From: Stylophora pistillata
Taxonomy: Eukaryota
Direction: 5' to 3'
Assembly (NCBI RefSeq): GCF_002571385.2
Contig: NW_019217911.1
Span: forward strand, 1 to 64,000
DNA length: 64,000 bases
Below are positions 36,108 through 49,763 of the stretch, piece by piece. The position numbers and the translations under genes are program-made. The stretch's first letter is position 1, and each line of letters starts with the position of its first letter. The notes below the pieces were generated by a model. That model worked only from the letters and a program-made list of their open reading frames with translations, searched no databases and was not told where the DNA came from.

Positions 36108-39100
36108 ATGTCTAAAAGACCAGGAAATGAAAATGGCGAAGAAGTTGTAACCAAGAAGAACAACCCTCAGTTAGGAGATCCACTGAATATGCTGAAATGG
36201 ATCGACGAAAACAAAACTTCATTTCTCCCGCCAGTCTGCAACAAATTAATGTGAGTAGCCTTCCCAAGAACGCTGCCAATTTCTAGTGAATTGTTTCGAT
36301 CCTAGAGTCTTGACGCATTTATCTCACTCACTCTTCTCCAAACACACGAAAATAACTTGAAAACTATTTGAAGGTCACTTGTTTTTTAACGTTCCTATTC
36401 CTTACTAGTTGATAAAACTTATAAGCTTGTATATATATTGCACGCTCTTTCAGGGCTGTCGCAAACTCATGATTAGTGCGGTTGAAAATCTAGTTTCCCT
36501 AAGAATAAGAATTTGAATATTTCGCAGCTCCCAACGTTTTTTATCAAAAAACATTCAGAATTCAGGCAAAGAATTTATTTTTTACAAATATGTTTAAAGT
36601 AAAGTAAGGCTGTAAAATTTATGTGGTAATAGTTATTCAAGGGGGCAATATCTTGCAACATCATAATTGGGAATGTCATTTCCTACATTCCATGCAGTTA
36701 AAAAGGTATGGCACCTTTTATGAATACAAGGGGCACAATATCATTGGAAAGTTTATCACTTGTCCTACTAATCAAGGAGCAATTAAGTTATTGTGAGTGT
36801 CATCAATAAATTAACACCTTCATTTTAATTATTGCAGAACGTAAGTTTTTTAAAAGCCACTGGTTTTTACACTGTAAATTAAGAGCCCACAGATTGTAGT
36901 TCTTTTAATGGTTGCCTGTTTGAAAGGAACGTTTCAATTGTTATTTTGATGTATCTAGATGGTAAATTATCGTAAAAATGTCCCTATTATACACAGAACA
37001 AGATGTATCATTTCTTATTGGTTGCTGACTAATCACATGGCCTTAACCAGTGAAGGGTGCAGGGACAGGCTGCAGTAGTAATGTTAGGCTTGTCTCGTAT
37101 ACCACAAGAGAGTAAAAACAATTTGGTTCAAATGGAAATGTTAATAATCTAGCTAGAAACCATCAAAGCATTTCAGGAAGTGTATAAGAAAATGAATATA
37201 ATACAAGAGAGTAGGCTTGGTGAGAATGTACAACATAGAGCATGTGGTCAAATGATTTTGCCATGTGCTCATGTAAGTTATAATTTACAACTCAAAATTT
37301 TAACTACACTGCCAACATACAGTCATACATAAACTTTATTAATGTGTCTTGAAATATCTAGCCAATGGGGCTAAGAACCCCTCTACTAATTGGGGACACA
37401 ATTAATAATCTATCAACTATTTTCTAATGAAGCTATTAAAAAAAGGCCTAATAATATAGTATAATTAAAAACCTATTAACTAACAACTAATGGGATAATT
37501 TATTTAAAAGATTAAATTGTTGGAGTGTTAAGGAAAATCGTGTGAAAGTCAACATTAACAAATTGGTGTCTTCATTTTTCTGTCTTTTGGGAGCAATTTT
37601 TTTCCTTTTTTTTTTTCTGCAATTTCCTCTTTTAGTATGAGAATTTTAACAACACAGGAAGTTGTAAAATTTTTACCTTATTACTTGCTGAGTTACAATA
37701 CAATCTATTAGAAATCTTGCAGTGATTAAAATTAAAAGTCTTGGCAGACCTTTCTGCCTAAAAGAAAGGACACGAAAGTAAATTATTGAAAAAAATGCCA
37801 ATCCCCCTTACCTATTTTCCTCAGGTTTCTTTATTGCACTGAAAATTGTAACTTTGGGGAAATTTTTTCTTTTTTGTGGGAGTTACTCTGTGCAGAAAAT
37901 TGTTGTTGTTGTTGTTGTTTTTTTTTTTACAACCTTTTCACTCCCAAGATCTCATAAGTAATTTTCCTTACTGTCTGTAAAACAGTTCTCATGATGTTAG
38001 TTAGGAGAATGTGGTATTGGATCAAATGATAATCCCCTAAATGCAATTGAAATATTTCTTTAATGTCATTGCTTGTGCGCTTAATATTGTTTTGTTATTG
38101 TAAGGTGAAATTCTGTCTTGGTCACTCAAGAGAGCTTAATGGAAAAAGGAGAATCTGCAGGAAAGTGCTTGATAGGTTATAAAACCAATGAAAATCCTTG
38201 ACATTTAAAAGTGAAACAGAAGTTTTGCTCTCCTTTTTCAACCTTAGGTATGGTGCAGGGCAGTTAAAGGTGATGTTTGTTGGTGGACCAAATGTCAGAA
38301 AAGATTATCATATTGACGAGGGAGAGGAGGTAAGGTTAGACAAACTAACAGTGAAAATATCATTTCCTGATATAATCTACACTGCTGAAAACGTACATGA
38401 AAGAAACAAATCAGACCTACATAATGCTATTAGCAAACTGTGCCAGAAAATATTTGGAAGTATAGTTCTCTCTATGAGCGTATTGGTAGCTATTTGATGT
38501 CCAGAAGGTTTTGTACCAGAATTTGTTAAGAAGTAACTCTCAGAGGCCTCAATTTTGGGTAAAATTGAAGGAGAGCTCCCCAAAATATCTGTCGGCCAAC
38601 TGTCGGCTGACTGTTCGTTGACAGTTGGCTGACATAATGAAAACCAATTCAGAAATGATTAAATAGACTGTCATCTTGGTGAGTTTGAACTTTCACAATT
38701 ACTTCAAAATGAATTTTGACAAACACTCAATAGAGGTAAATTTCAAGTGTGAGGCATTATTGGTCTTATCGATCTTCATTTATGTGAACTTGATGTGTAG
38801 TATCTGACTGAAACATTTGGTTCTGCTGAAATGGGAAGAGTTTAGTTACTTAGATTTAGCAATACATGTAAATTTTTTCAGACTCACAAAATTGCACAAA
38901 CCCATGTTTTCATGGTGTTTCTGTTGTGTTTTCATTGTGTTTTCTGTGTTTCGTTCGCCAACAGTTGGCCGACAGATATTTTGGCGAGCTGTTCTTTAAT
39001 TTTACCCAATTTTGATACAATATCCATAAAATTGGTTTTTAGAATAGGCAGTTTTTCTCAATTCACCCTTTAACTACCAAGATAACTCTCTCCTCAGTGC

Positions 39101-42100
39101 TACACATTTCCATGTAAATTGTTAACAAGATTCTAGGGTAGATAAAAACATCTACCTGATAAGTTTGAGTATTCTTGTTACCTGTTTGCTAGATACTTTA
39201 TGGATGCAATAGGGAGAGGTTACCTGTTAAGCACTTCTGGGAGGTTAAGAGTTAATCCCTCAAGGGTAAATGTTTGAAAGAATAACATTTTTTAACAACT
39301 GATAGTTGCATCTGAAAAGTGATGTTTGTGGCAAATAAAGATTGATTGCAATCTGCTAGAGAGTGTTGTCCTAATGTAAAATCAAAGGTTCTTTAATACT
39401 TTAGAAGGGCATTTAGCTGAGCTAAAAAGGAGTATTTGTAAAGAGTTGTTCAATGTCTCGCTAGTTTTTCTACATGGTTAAAGGAGACATGAACCTGAGA
39501 ATCATTGAGAAAGGAAAACCAAAGGATGTGATCATCAAAGAGGGAGAGGTATTTTATGCTCAGTTCAATCAGTTTTTAAGTGTTATTTTCCAGTTGATAG
39601 AATTTCATTAATTGAAATGAAATATAAGATAGTTTCTAACCATAACTAAGTGGTTCTGAATTTTCTTGGTTACTTTTAACTTTTCAATCTAGTTTCACAA
39701 TCAAAATCTGAAAAAAGGAAAACAATGTTTAAACTTAAGCAGGGTTGTCAAAAAGAGATTTTGAGTAACTGGACTGAGATGCAAAGAAGGCTGTACTTAA
39801 CCATGCTTCCACGCTAAGAATTGAGCCAGAAACTTTCAGAGTAGTCAGTTGATGGGTCCTTCAGAGGAGCTGATGGTGCAATGTGCCAGTTTTCAGTTTA
39901 TTTTGACAACCATAAACTGGTGTGAAAAATTTCAAACAATGAAAATCATTTGAACCTCAAAACATTTTATCCTTAGATTTATTGCCAAAGTCAGTGGTTT
40001 AAAGAAACAACATCACAGCTGGTTCAACAATGTTTTTATTTTTCCAAGGTCTTTGTGCTTCCAAGCAGGATACAGCACTCTCCTCAACGGAAGGAAAACA
40101 CTGTGGGATTGGTATAGTGCTAGATGTTTTACTTCTGTTTTTGTCTACTTTTCACTTCAGGCAACTGAATTTTTTATACAATCCATCCAATACAAATTAT
40201 TACAATTCAAAATCTGTTGAAATGATAAATTTAGGTCAGAGTTAAAAAATATCAAATTACATCTCTCTGAGTTTGAATTTTCAGAACAAAGAAGGCTTAG
40301 TGATTTTGATAGATCAGATAATCTGCATTTTAGGTCATTGAAAGAGAGAGACTTCCTGAGGAAACAGATGGTCTAAGGTGTGTTATGATGGACTCATGTC
40401 CTGTGCAGCTGGTAAAGGCATGGGCATGCAAAACAACCTATTATGTATTGTTAATAGAACAAGAAAGTACAGTGAAGAAATAGAGAAAGATGTTTTTCGT
40501 CTTGTTATAAGCATGGGACTAAAAAAAAAAATCTGAGTCCCTGTGATGATTCAAACCTCAGACCTTTGGATTCCAGCCTCCAATGCTCTACCGCTGAGCC
40601 ACTTCCTCTTACCTATTATGTAGCTTGGCAATTTGTGGGTTTTAAAGTTCTGTAAATTTTGCACATTTTCTTTGATTAGAAAAAGTATGTTTGGATTAGA
40701 GACAAAAGCCCTTTTAGTATATAGAATCCTAGAAGGTAATTTCCTTGCTTCCCAATTCTAGATCAGAAAGGATGATGTGGTACAAAGTAGCAGGTAGCTT
40801 GCTCATCTGTCTAACTTTGAAACCCATCATTTAATTAGTAAGTCATTACAGCTATCCATTCATGTTAGTAAGAGTTGTCTTCTTGATAACAATATCATGA
40901 ATTTGTTAAAAGGTATTTTTGTGAGGATGGTGTAACACCTCTTTGGGAAAGATGGTTTCATTGTGAAGACCTTGGTACTCAGTTGGGCCCAATCATCAAG
41001 TCGTAAGTAATAAATCTAATACAATTTATTCTATTGGTGTTGTTATGAAAGTGGCGTTTGGTATTGTTATGAAAGTGGAGTTGACTGTAGAATTATACCT
41101 AAGTTGCTTTCAATTGAATTTCAGATACTTTTCTTCAGAAGAATACAAAACAGGAGTCCCAACCTCTGGTCTGTAGAGATGTTTTTAAGAGTCAGAATAG
41201 CTAAATATCCTTCAATTTTCGGCTGTCTGCACTGTTATTGTATTGTATTGTATTGTTACTGTCTGCACTGTTATTGTATTGTTATTGTTATTGTGATTAT
41301 CTTTTGGGATTTAAACATGTTTAAAGCACTTTCTTTTAGAGCATGTTTGCTAATCTAGAGGGCTCAGCGTAAGATCATGGACTACCTGCACTCCAAACTA
41401 GAGTTTGTTGTAGGCTTTAGATTTTGATGTGGTTACAGTTTATGAAGTTTATTCAGTGGCTGAGTGTTAAGGGTTCTGCAGTTGTCATCCGTTGATTTTC
41501 CTCCAGGGGCCCCCCCCACCACCTGGTAATCGCAAAATTTTTCTTGGCTTAGCTCAACTCTACTCAACCAAGGTGCAAAAATTGCTATCAACTGATTGCC
41601 AAATTGAAAATGTTGTTGTTGTCAACCAGAATTTCAAGGCAGCTTTAAGGGCAGTCAAGTCTTCATTCTTGTCAATATTCTTTGTGTAAACCAGCATTCA
41701 AGAAATGAAACCGTCATAACTTTCTTCACAGCACTTTTGTACATTCAACTGGTGATCGTCTATGGGAACGATTGATTTTATGCAGAGAAAGGTCTTGAAA
41801 ACTAGATACTTTTTGTAATTTCTATGAGAGACAAGAATTTTATGAATCAGACCTTTTGGCAACTTAATTGTTCCCTTTAGAGATCATAACAAAACTATGT
41901 AAATGCTATGCGCCCCTTGAGCGAGAAAGTTAATATTAGAGCCTGCCATCTGGTTTTCCTCATACCATCTTTATGGTAGCAGTATGTTACATTTGTGCAC
42001 TGGAAAATGCCCTTGGGGGAAGTGTTCAATTAACAAGTACAAGATTAGAAGTTAATGGTAGTTTAGAGACTAATTGTTTACAATAATTTTTCCTTTTTTT

Positions 42101-45100
42101 GTTTTGATTGAACAGAAAATGTTGACAAGGATCCACCTGTCAAAGTTGACCTTGAAACAGAAGTCAGTGAACCCTTTTCATTGAAAGAGGTACACATCTT
42201 TATTTTATTATCACTCTGAACATGGACTCAGAGAAAGATTTTAAACAATTGTGACAAGTATGGGAAAAAGCAAGCTGAGGTCAAATACAAATTTAAAGCA
42301 CAGACCTTACAACCCAGTTCTATCAACCAGGTACCATCAACAGTTTTCTAGTACCCACTTCCATCAACCAGGTACCATCATCAGTTTTCTAGTACCCAGT
42401 TCCATCAACCAGGTACCATCATCAGTTTTCTAGTACCCAGTTCCATCAACCAGGTACCATCATCAGTTTTCTAGTACCCAATCCTACTCCTTAACAGAGA
42501 GATGCTGTGAATGCCTTGCCTTTGAGTACACTACAATGACCTGGCCAAGGCAAAAACACTGACATTCTGATTTGGGGTTTTGTGGGTTAACCTTTAACTC
42601 TCAAGATTCCTGATAGTCAATTCTCCCCTCTAGCTGTTACACAATTCCTTGTCAATTAGTTACAAGAATTAGGTGTTAGATCAAGGCAACAACTTCGGTA
42701 AAAGTGAACAATTAAGCTCCCATGTTTGGATGTCGGTAACCTGTCGGCCAACTGTCGGCTGACATGATATCAACACATTACCAACAGTCTGCCGACAGTA
42801 TTAACCAGACCTTACATACCAATTTTTGTATTTACCTACTTCCTAACTTGTATTGTTTCCCTAAAATAAGCTTGTTTGCCAACAGTTGGCTGACAGTCAG
42901 CCCAGAGACAGCCGTCTGTCGGCCAAGTGTTGGCCAACAGACAGACAACAGTGTCTTTTGAGAACTGCTCTTCACTTTTACCTCAACTTCTACCTGATAA
43001 GTTTGGATATTCTGAATACCTGTGTGCTGAATAATGTGTGGATGTTAAGGGGGAAATTCCATCTTAATCACTTTTGGGAGTTCTGTGGGTTAACTCATAA
43101 CACAGCATCCTCCATCACAGTGAGTGATTTGCTTTTATCTTCTAGTGGATTGTTGAACATAAAAGTGACATTGAATGTGGAACAAAGGAACTGTTTGGTA
43201 AAGGAGAATTCAAGGTAGGTGGTAGATTTGCACCTATTTTTATTTTAGCCATTTTTTTTTAACTTGATCCCTTCACTTTAACCCCCCCTAAGAATGACTA
43301 CCGTCNCCAGTTCCATCAACCAGGTACCATCATCAGTTTTCTAGTACCCAGTTCCATCAACCAGGTACCATCATCAGTTTTCTAGTACCCAGTTCCATCA
43401 ACCAGGTACCATCATCAGTTTTCTAGTACCCAGTTCCATCAACCAGGTACCATCATCAGTTTTCTAGTACCCAGTTCCATCAACCAGGTACCATCATCAG
43501 TTTTCTAGTACCCAGTTCCATCAACCAGGTACCATCATCAGTTTTCTAGTACCCAGTTCCATCAACCAGGTACCATCATCAGTTTTCTAGTACCCAGTTC
43601 CATCAACCAGGTACCATCATCAGTTTTCTAGTACCCAGTTCCATCAACCAGGTACCATCATCAGTTTTCTAGTACCCAGTTCCATCAACCAGGTACCATC
43701 ATCAGTTTTCTAGTACCCAGTTCCATCAACCAGGTACCATCATCAGTTTTCTAGTACCCAGTTCCATCAACCAGGTACCATCATCAGTTTTCTAGTACCC
43801 AGTTCCATCAACCAGGTACCATCATCAGTTTTCTAGTACCCAGTTCCATCAACCAGGTACCATCATCAGTTTTCTAGTACCCAGTTCCATCAACCAGGTA
43901 CCATCATCAGTTTTCTAGTACCCAGTTCCATCAACCAGGTACCATCATCAGTTTTCTAGTACCCAGTTCCATCAACCAGGTACCATCATCAGTTTTCTAG
44001 TACCCAGTTCCATCAACCAGGTACCATCATCATTGTTCTAGTACCCAATCCTACTCCTTAACAGAGAGATGCTGTGAATGCCTTGCCTTTGAGTACACTA
44101 CAATGACCTGGCCAAGGCAAAAACACTGACATTCTGATTTGGGGTTTTGTGGGTTAACCTTTAACTCTCAAGATTCCTGATAGTCAATTCTCCCCTCTAG
44201 CTGTTACACAATTCCTTGTCAATTAGTTACAAGAATTAGGTGTTAGATCAAGGCAACAACTTCGGTAAAAGTGAACAATTAAGCTCCCATGTTTGGATGT
44301 CGGTAACCTGTCGGCCAACTGTCGGCTGACATGATATCAACACATTACCAACAGTCTGCCGACAGTATTAACCAGACCTTACATACCAATTTTTGTATTT
44401 ACCTACTTCCTAACTTGTATTATTTCCCTAAAATAAGCTTGTTTGCCAACAGTTGGCTGACAGTCAGCCCAGAGACAGCCGTCTGTCGGCCAAGTGTTGG
44501 CCAACAGACAGACAACAGTGTCTTTTGAGAACTGCTCTTCACTTTTACCTCAACTTCTACCTGATAAGTTTGGATATTCTGAATACCTGTGTGCTGAATA
44601 ATGTGTGGATGTTAAGGGGGAAATTCCATCTTAATCACTTTTGGGAGTTCTGTGGGTTAACTCATAACACAGCATCCTCCATCACAGTGAGTGATTTGCT
44701 TTTATCTTCTAGTGGATTGTTGAACATAAAAGGGACATTGAATGTGGAACAAAGGAACTGTTTGGTAAAGGAGAATTCAAGGTATGTGGTAGATTTGCAC
44801 CTATTTTTATTTTAGCCATTTTTTTTTAACTTGATCCCTTCACTTTAACCCCCCCTAAGAATGACTACCATCCAATTTCTCCCTACAATTTCCCCCTGAA
44901 TCACATATCAAGGTCGCAAGAATATAGGAATTGATCACTGGCTAAAGAGGGTTTTGATTGTGAAACAAATTTGTCAGACAGGTACAGTGTATTGTTGTAG
45001 GGGTTACAAAGCTAGGCACGGTAGCCAAAGGCAGGGGTTTTAAAAACTGTTGTACTGGTAGCTCGAGGCGGTTTTGGGAGTAGTAAAGTCATTGTTTCTT

Positions 45101-45730
45101 TTAGAGGTGTTGTCTCTCGTTCTTTACAAATTTTCCTTGTCAGCACCATTCCTATAAAGAATTGTATGATTCTTTACTGTTTTCATTATCATAGCCAAGA
45201 TGAATTAGTAATCTTGATTTAGTATGATTTTATTTGCCTGTAGATAAATGTTCATGGTGAAGGAGAACAAACTGGCGAATGGCAAGGGGAAACATGGCTT
45301 TATCAATTGGTTAGTGTAGACGAAATGTTACAGATTGCTTTGGGTGTGATTTGAATGTAATTTGATGAGGACTAATTACAGTTGAACCTCTATTATCCTT
45401 GATTTTTTTTCCAGGAGGGAGATGCAACTGTCACGGTAAATGGTGAAACAAAAGTGATTTCCAAAGATGACGTCCTTCTCATTTCAGCGGGTGCTAAGTG
45501 AGTAACATTACTTCTTTTTTTTTCCTTTTATTTCTTATGTATCTTCCTAGTTAATTTATATTTCTGATTTACCGTTAATTGCATTTTGCCTTGATACTCT
45601 TCTCCTGGAAATTTTGTATCAATTCAGTGAATAATTTTTTTTTCTCATTTTGATTTGTAGGTACACTGTGAAAAGATCCAAAGGCTCCATTGGTCTGAGT
45701 GTTATTATGGACCCAATGGCAAACAAGTGA
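36108..45730 (+). CDS. HAAO: 3-hydroxyanthranilate 3,4-dioxygenase, 303 aa. Exons 36108-36250, 38248-38329, 39465-39548, 40049-40111, 40334-40377, 40913-41002, 41125-41168, 42116-42189, 43146-43214 (or duplicate 44713-44781), 45244-45309, 45415-45497, 45661-45730.
   Basis: [52 protein letters not shown]. Fe ligands His/Glu/His are present. All introns are GT-AG and in phase; total 912 nt. Confidence 0.95.
38558..39006. mobile_element. MITE with ~50-bp TIRs and perfect 8-bp TSD (Merlin- or hAT-like)
   Basis: CAATTTTG|GGTAAAATTGAAG...AAAATATCTGTCGGCCAACTGT ... ACAGTTGGCCGACAGATATTTT...TTTAATTTTACC|CAATTTTG. Confidence 0.8.
40471..40603 (-). mobile_element. tRNA-derived SINE (second family, degenerate)
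   Basis: Minus strand GTGGCTCAGCGGTAGAGC...GGTTTGAATC, then GGGACTCAGATTTTT..GACGAAAAACATCTTTCTC. Fragments of the same tail occur at ~42225-42270 and ~61920-61980. Confidence 0.6.
42314..42477. repeat. 41-bp minisatellite, 4 copies
   Basis: Unit CCAGTTCCATCAACCAGGTACCATCATCAGTTTTCTAGTAC. Confidence 0.95.
42697..42982. mobile_element. GGTAAAA-ended MITE nested inside a TTAA-flanked MITE (42591-43089); duplicated at 44264-44549
   Basis: ACAACTTC|GGTAAAAGTGAA...TTCACTTTTACC|TCAACTTC (7/8 TSD). The host element sequence resumes on both sides and is bounded by TTAA at 42587-42590 and 43090-43093. Confidence 0.75.
43307..44044. repeat. 41-bp minisatellite, 18 copies
   Basis: 738 bp = 18 x 41. 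Head-to-tail units without spacers. Confidence 0.97.
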
Positions 45731-46979
45731 AACATGTCTCACCGTAGGATAGAAGAAGTCAAAAGAATGTCTTAACTCTTAACGATCAAACATTTGTATA
45801 CAAGTCCCCCATACAGTTCTCTTTTCATTTCCTCTGGTTCTTACCAGGATAATTTGTTTAAAAGTCAAAAGCTTTTTTAAGTTGGGATAATTTCCATTAT
45901 TTTCATGACCATATTGTTTGATTTGGAGGTGAAACCATTTAGAGAAATTAGATACTTTTCATTCTTTGCGCTTAAAAGGTTAAAGATGCTTCACCAATGG
46001 GCCATTTTACAGTTGTGTACTTAGTTGCTAAGTCTTTGATTGGTGTGAGGCTGAAGATGACCTTGTTGTGATAGAGACCTGTATCTAGTTAGCATAATAA
46101 AAAGTAATTTACATTTGTAAATCAGCAATGTCTATCATGACAAGGTCACCCTTAGCCTCACTCCTATTTAAAGGCTTGGCAACCTTAAAACTCAGTATGA
46201 CTCTTTCACTCTCAAGAGTGAGTCATCCTTTTAAAATTCTCCTTACAATGTCAACAGACAGGTAATGAGAATTAGAACAAAACAACTAGGGGAGATATAT
46301 ATTTTTTTTATTTAAAACGAAACTCTCAGTACCTCAGTACTTCACATTGAAGAATTGTATGGCGTTAGTAAGCATAATTTGATATTCCAAGGGTGAGGGG
46401 TACTGTTCAAAATGTTATGTAATTAGTATTTAAATACAAGTGAAACCTTCTATTTTTCACAAAGCACTCCAGTTTTTTTCATCATCGTAATTCAGTGAAA
46501 CATGGGCGGTCCCTGGAAAAAACTTTTGAAGGGTTTTTATATCTAAGTAAAACGCATTTTTGTCGTGAAGAGGCTTACCGTTTACCCGGATCTTGTATAG
46601 GGTACCAAGTTTTGAAGAACTTTTTTAAATTTGATTTGTAGTTCACTACCGTAACAGAAAATAAAAGTTGGTAAAACTACAGAATACAAGGCCACTTATT
46701 TACATCTCATTGAATCACAATACATCGTTTTGTTTTCTGCCTCGTTCTTCAAAGCATGCCGATAAGGTGGACTTCAATGGCCTTGTGTTGTGAAAGGAGA
46801 ATCCGCATAAATAAAACTTGTCAAACGATTTTGTTGAAACCCATTTGAATTTTCCCTGCCAATCTCTGTTTCGAGAACTACATTAAAAAGATAGGTCACT
46901 GTGCTTGCTTAAGAGATGTGATGGCAGGCCAACCTTACCCAGTCACGCGCGTTGTTTTATCGGTTCACAATACAATTAG

Positions 46980-47280
46980 CATTTAACGAGCGCGCGTTGG
47001 ATATAAGATGATAGATAGCCAATGAGGCACGTAGCGCCGAGTTGGATATAATCATCTCATATCCGACAAGCGCGAGTGGGATAATTGTTTTATTAAAAAC
47101 GCCCCTAAGATATTGAACAAATCTTACCAAATCTTAAATTTTTTAGATCACTTTTAATTTTAAGCTGACGCGTACGCTTACCGTATTTGTAGATTATGGT
47201 ATATTGGCTCATGTACCATAATGATTAAGCCAATAAAAAGTCTTGAATTGTATTATCCAATGATCCAGTTTTTAAGAATA
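46980..47280. repeat. Hairpin-ended interspersed repeat
   Basis: CGCGCGTTGGATATAAGATGAT...ATCATCTCATATCCGACAAGCGCG inverted arms around a GC-rich loop. Confidence 0.55.
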
Positions 47281-49392
47281 TGCAATATCTGGAAGCAAGG
47301 GCTTTCGAAGCAACACTTCGAAAAAAAACCTGATAGGGTTAAAGTCTCGGTACTGAAAACGTTCCTCGACTCGTTCCTTTGAACGTCATAACTACCATCC
47401 TCAATTTCCCCGGCTTCTTACACGCTTTAATGGCTATCTTCTTTTCCTTTCGATCAATTTTTTTCTATCATTTTTACTTAAACAGAGTAATGAGTACAGC
47501 AAGAATATGCAGTCAAAAATAGGTCACCATGCTCGTTCATGAGCAAAAGTCCTTGTTGCCTGTTTACCTCGTCCATTGATTGTAAAAAAAGAATAAACAA
47601 ACAATTCGCCATGTTCTCGGAATGTGGATTTACTTATTCACCAATAGTTTTGGATTATTCACAACTTCTCTAAAGTGATTTGTGCACGTCTATTTTTGGC
47701 CGGCGTGTATGATCGACCTAACGCGTTTGCGTGCAAGAAAAGACGCCATGTCAAAATTTCTAATTACGCCCAAATCCTTCACTTATCTCCTAACTTTACG
47801 TGCGGTGATGGATACGCCTGAACAAGCAAATTATGTAATTATTTGGCCACCTGGCATGTTTGACTAATTAAGGATATCTCGGGCTGTTTACCCTTTCTCA
47901 TTATCTCACAATGCTGAGACAGTTGTAACTGTAGTTTGCGCAAAGAATAAATGAAGTGTATTGCTGCTGTTAGTGAGATACTGATAATTTAATTACTTTA
48001 AATACGAAGGATCGTTAAGGTTGGTCATTCGTGACCCATGAATCATCAGTCATGCTTGGCTGGATTTAAAATCTTTGAATTCACCTAAAGAGTTCCGTAC
48101 GCCACAAACACCTCCAGAAGTAATGGTTATAGCAACGCCGAAGAATCATTCACGTTGTATAAAAAAATGGCCTGGTAACAAACGAAAGATCAAGGTCATA
48201 TCGAAGTTTTGACACAGAGCTAGGTGTCATGTCGATAGGTGGTTCTCGAAAAAGATAACTTTGTAAAAGCTTTGTTTTAAGGTCAAAAAAATCTCTAGAC
48301 CATGTAAAAAGATTCAAAGTTCATTCCGTTCTGCGTGCCCTTCAATTTTACAACTCGAGACTGTTTTGACCCGGGACGATCTGACTCCCGGGTCAAACAA
48401 ATTGACTTGCTTCGAGGAGCGGATGGAACGAAACGAATTGGAACGAATAGATCGTGGAAGGAAACGAATTGGAACGAACGGATCGTGGAATGAGGTGATC
48501 GGAAAGCGCGAATATCAGAGAGATTTTGGGTGGATCTCGTAGAAAGTCTATATTGGCTCTGGTTTAATTGCTGAACAAGCTTTTTTTCCATGCCAAAAAA
48601 CGATAGACCGTGTTTCAATTCAAAGTTTCAACATCATGAACATTCCACTTCGTATCACTTAACTCCACTGAAAGATCACCCTTTAAAGATTAATTAACCA
48701 GGCTCAACAAAGACTTTTGATCTGGTTATCAAGGTGAATAGCGTCACAAAACATTGCATCTCTCTAATTGAATATCTCCGAGGGTAGGGAGGAATTTAAT
48801 GAACACCAAAATAATTCGAGAATTCTCTACTAAGAGCGTGCACAGGGAAAGGAAAGTCACTCACCTTGAGTACTTCGAAGAGGAAGCATCTCCAATTCTT
48901 AAGCCGGCCTGTCTAAAGGTAAGTTCTCCACTAGGCGTTCGTGACTTTAGAGGCTTTTAATAGCGCGCCTCATATCGATTCTCTCGTAATTTTGTTCACT
49001 TGCAAGTTGTTTACGCAGTTACTTTGCAGGATGAGTTTTCCTTTCCCAAGTTCACCGTTTAATATCCTGCCCCCAAAATAAAGAACATCGCATATATTCT
49101 CTTTGCCACTACCCATCCAATGCTCATAGTGATGGTTCAGAGAATTTGGTTCACTGATATCGTAGCAGTCTTCTTGTAGATATTTTTTTCGTTGTTTTCA
49201 GCACTTATTGGGTCATTTGAGTACTGATTTTGTGAGGTCAAACTGATCATTCTTTTCCATTCTTAGGAGTCAAAGGGTGGAACGAAAAGATCATTGCTAA
49301 GTGAGTAAAGCAAGATTGAATTCTATTCGAGAGGTCTAAAAGAAATGAGGGCGTGGAAATTCAATCATTTAAAGTGGTCTCACGCGACTTTA

Positions 49393-49763
49393 GGGAGCTT
49401 TAGAAACGACGACGGCGACGGCAACGAAAACTCGTGTCGAATTCTAACTCTTCGATTTTGTAACTCTTTTGAGGTTATTCCGATGTGTTTCACTCAGAAA
49501 ATGCTGGCGAACTATTCAGGGACTATGTCACTACGAACGGCGTTAAAGTAAGGAGAAATAAAGAAAAATTAACCGTCATGCGCTCACGTTCTCGAGAAAA
49601 CCTAAAATTTGGTAATTTCACGTTGTTTTTTTTGCCGAGAACGGCAGAGAAATATACCAAAATGTTAAACGCACGTGCAAGTCGATTTTTTTTGCTCATT
49701 AAGCCCATTGTTTTCTGCCGTTCTCGGTGCCGTTGCCATGCCGCTTTCGTTGCTAAAGCTCCC
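49393..49763. mobile_element. PIF/Harbinger-like MITE
   Basis: TTA|GGGAGCTTTAGAAACGA ... TCGTTGCTAAAGCTCCC|TTA: TIRs with a 3-bp TTA TSD. Confidence 0.8.

Larger units (their letters stand above)
42478..44872. repeat. Near-identical ~830-bp direct duplication (42478-43305 / 44045-44872) including HAAO exon 9
   Basis: Offset 1567 bp. About four substitutions seen. A single N at 43306 marks the junction. Confidence 0.9.

Noticed and set aside
43307-44044. CRISPR array
   Set aside because: Units are contiguous and identical with no unique spacers, there are no cas genes, and it lies in a eukaryotic intron; it is a minisatellite.
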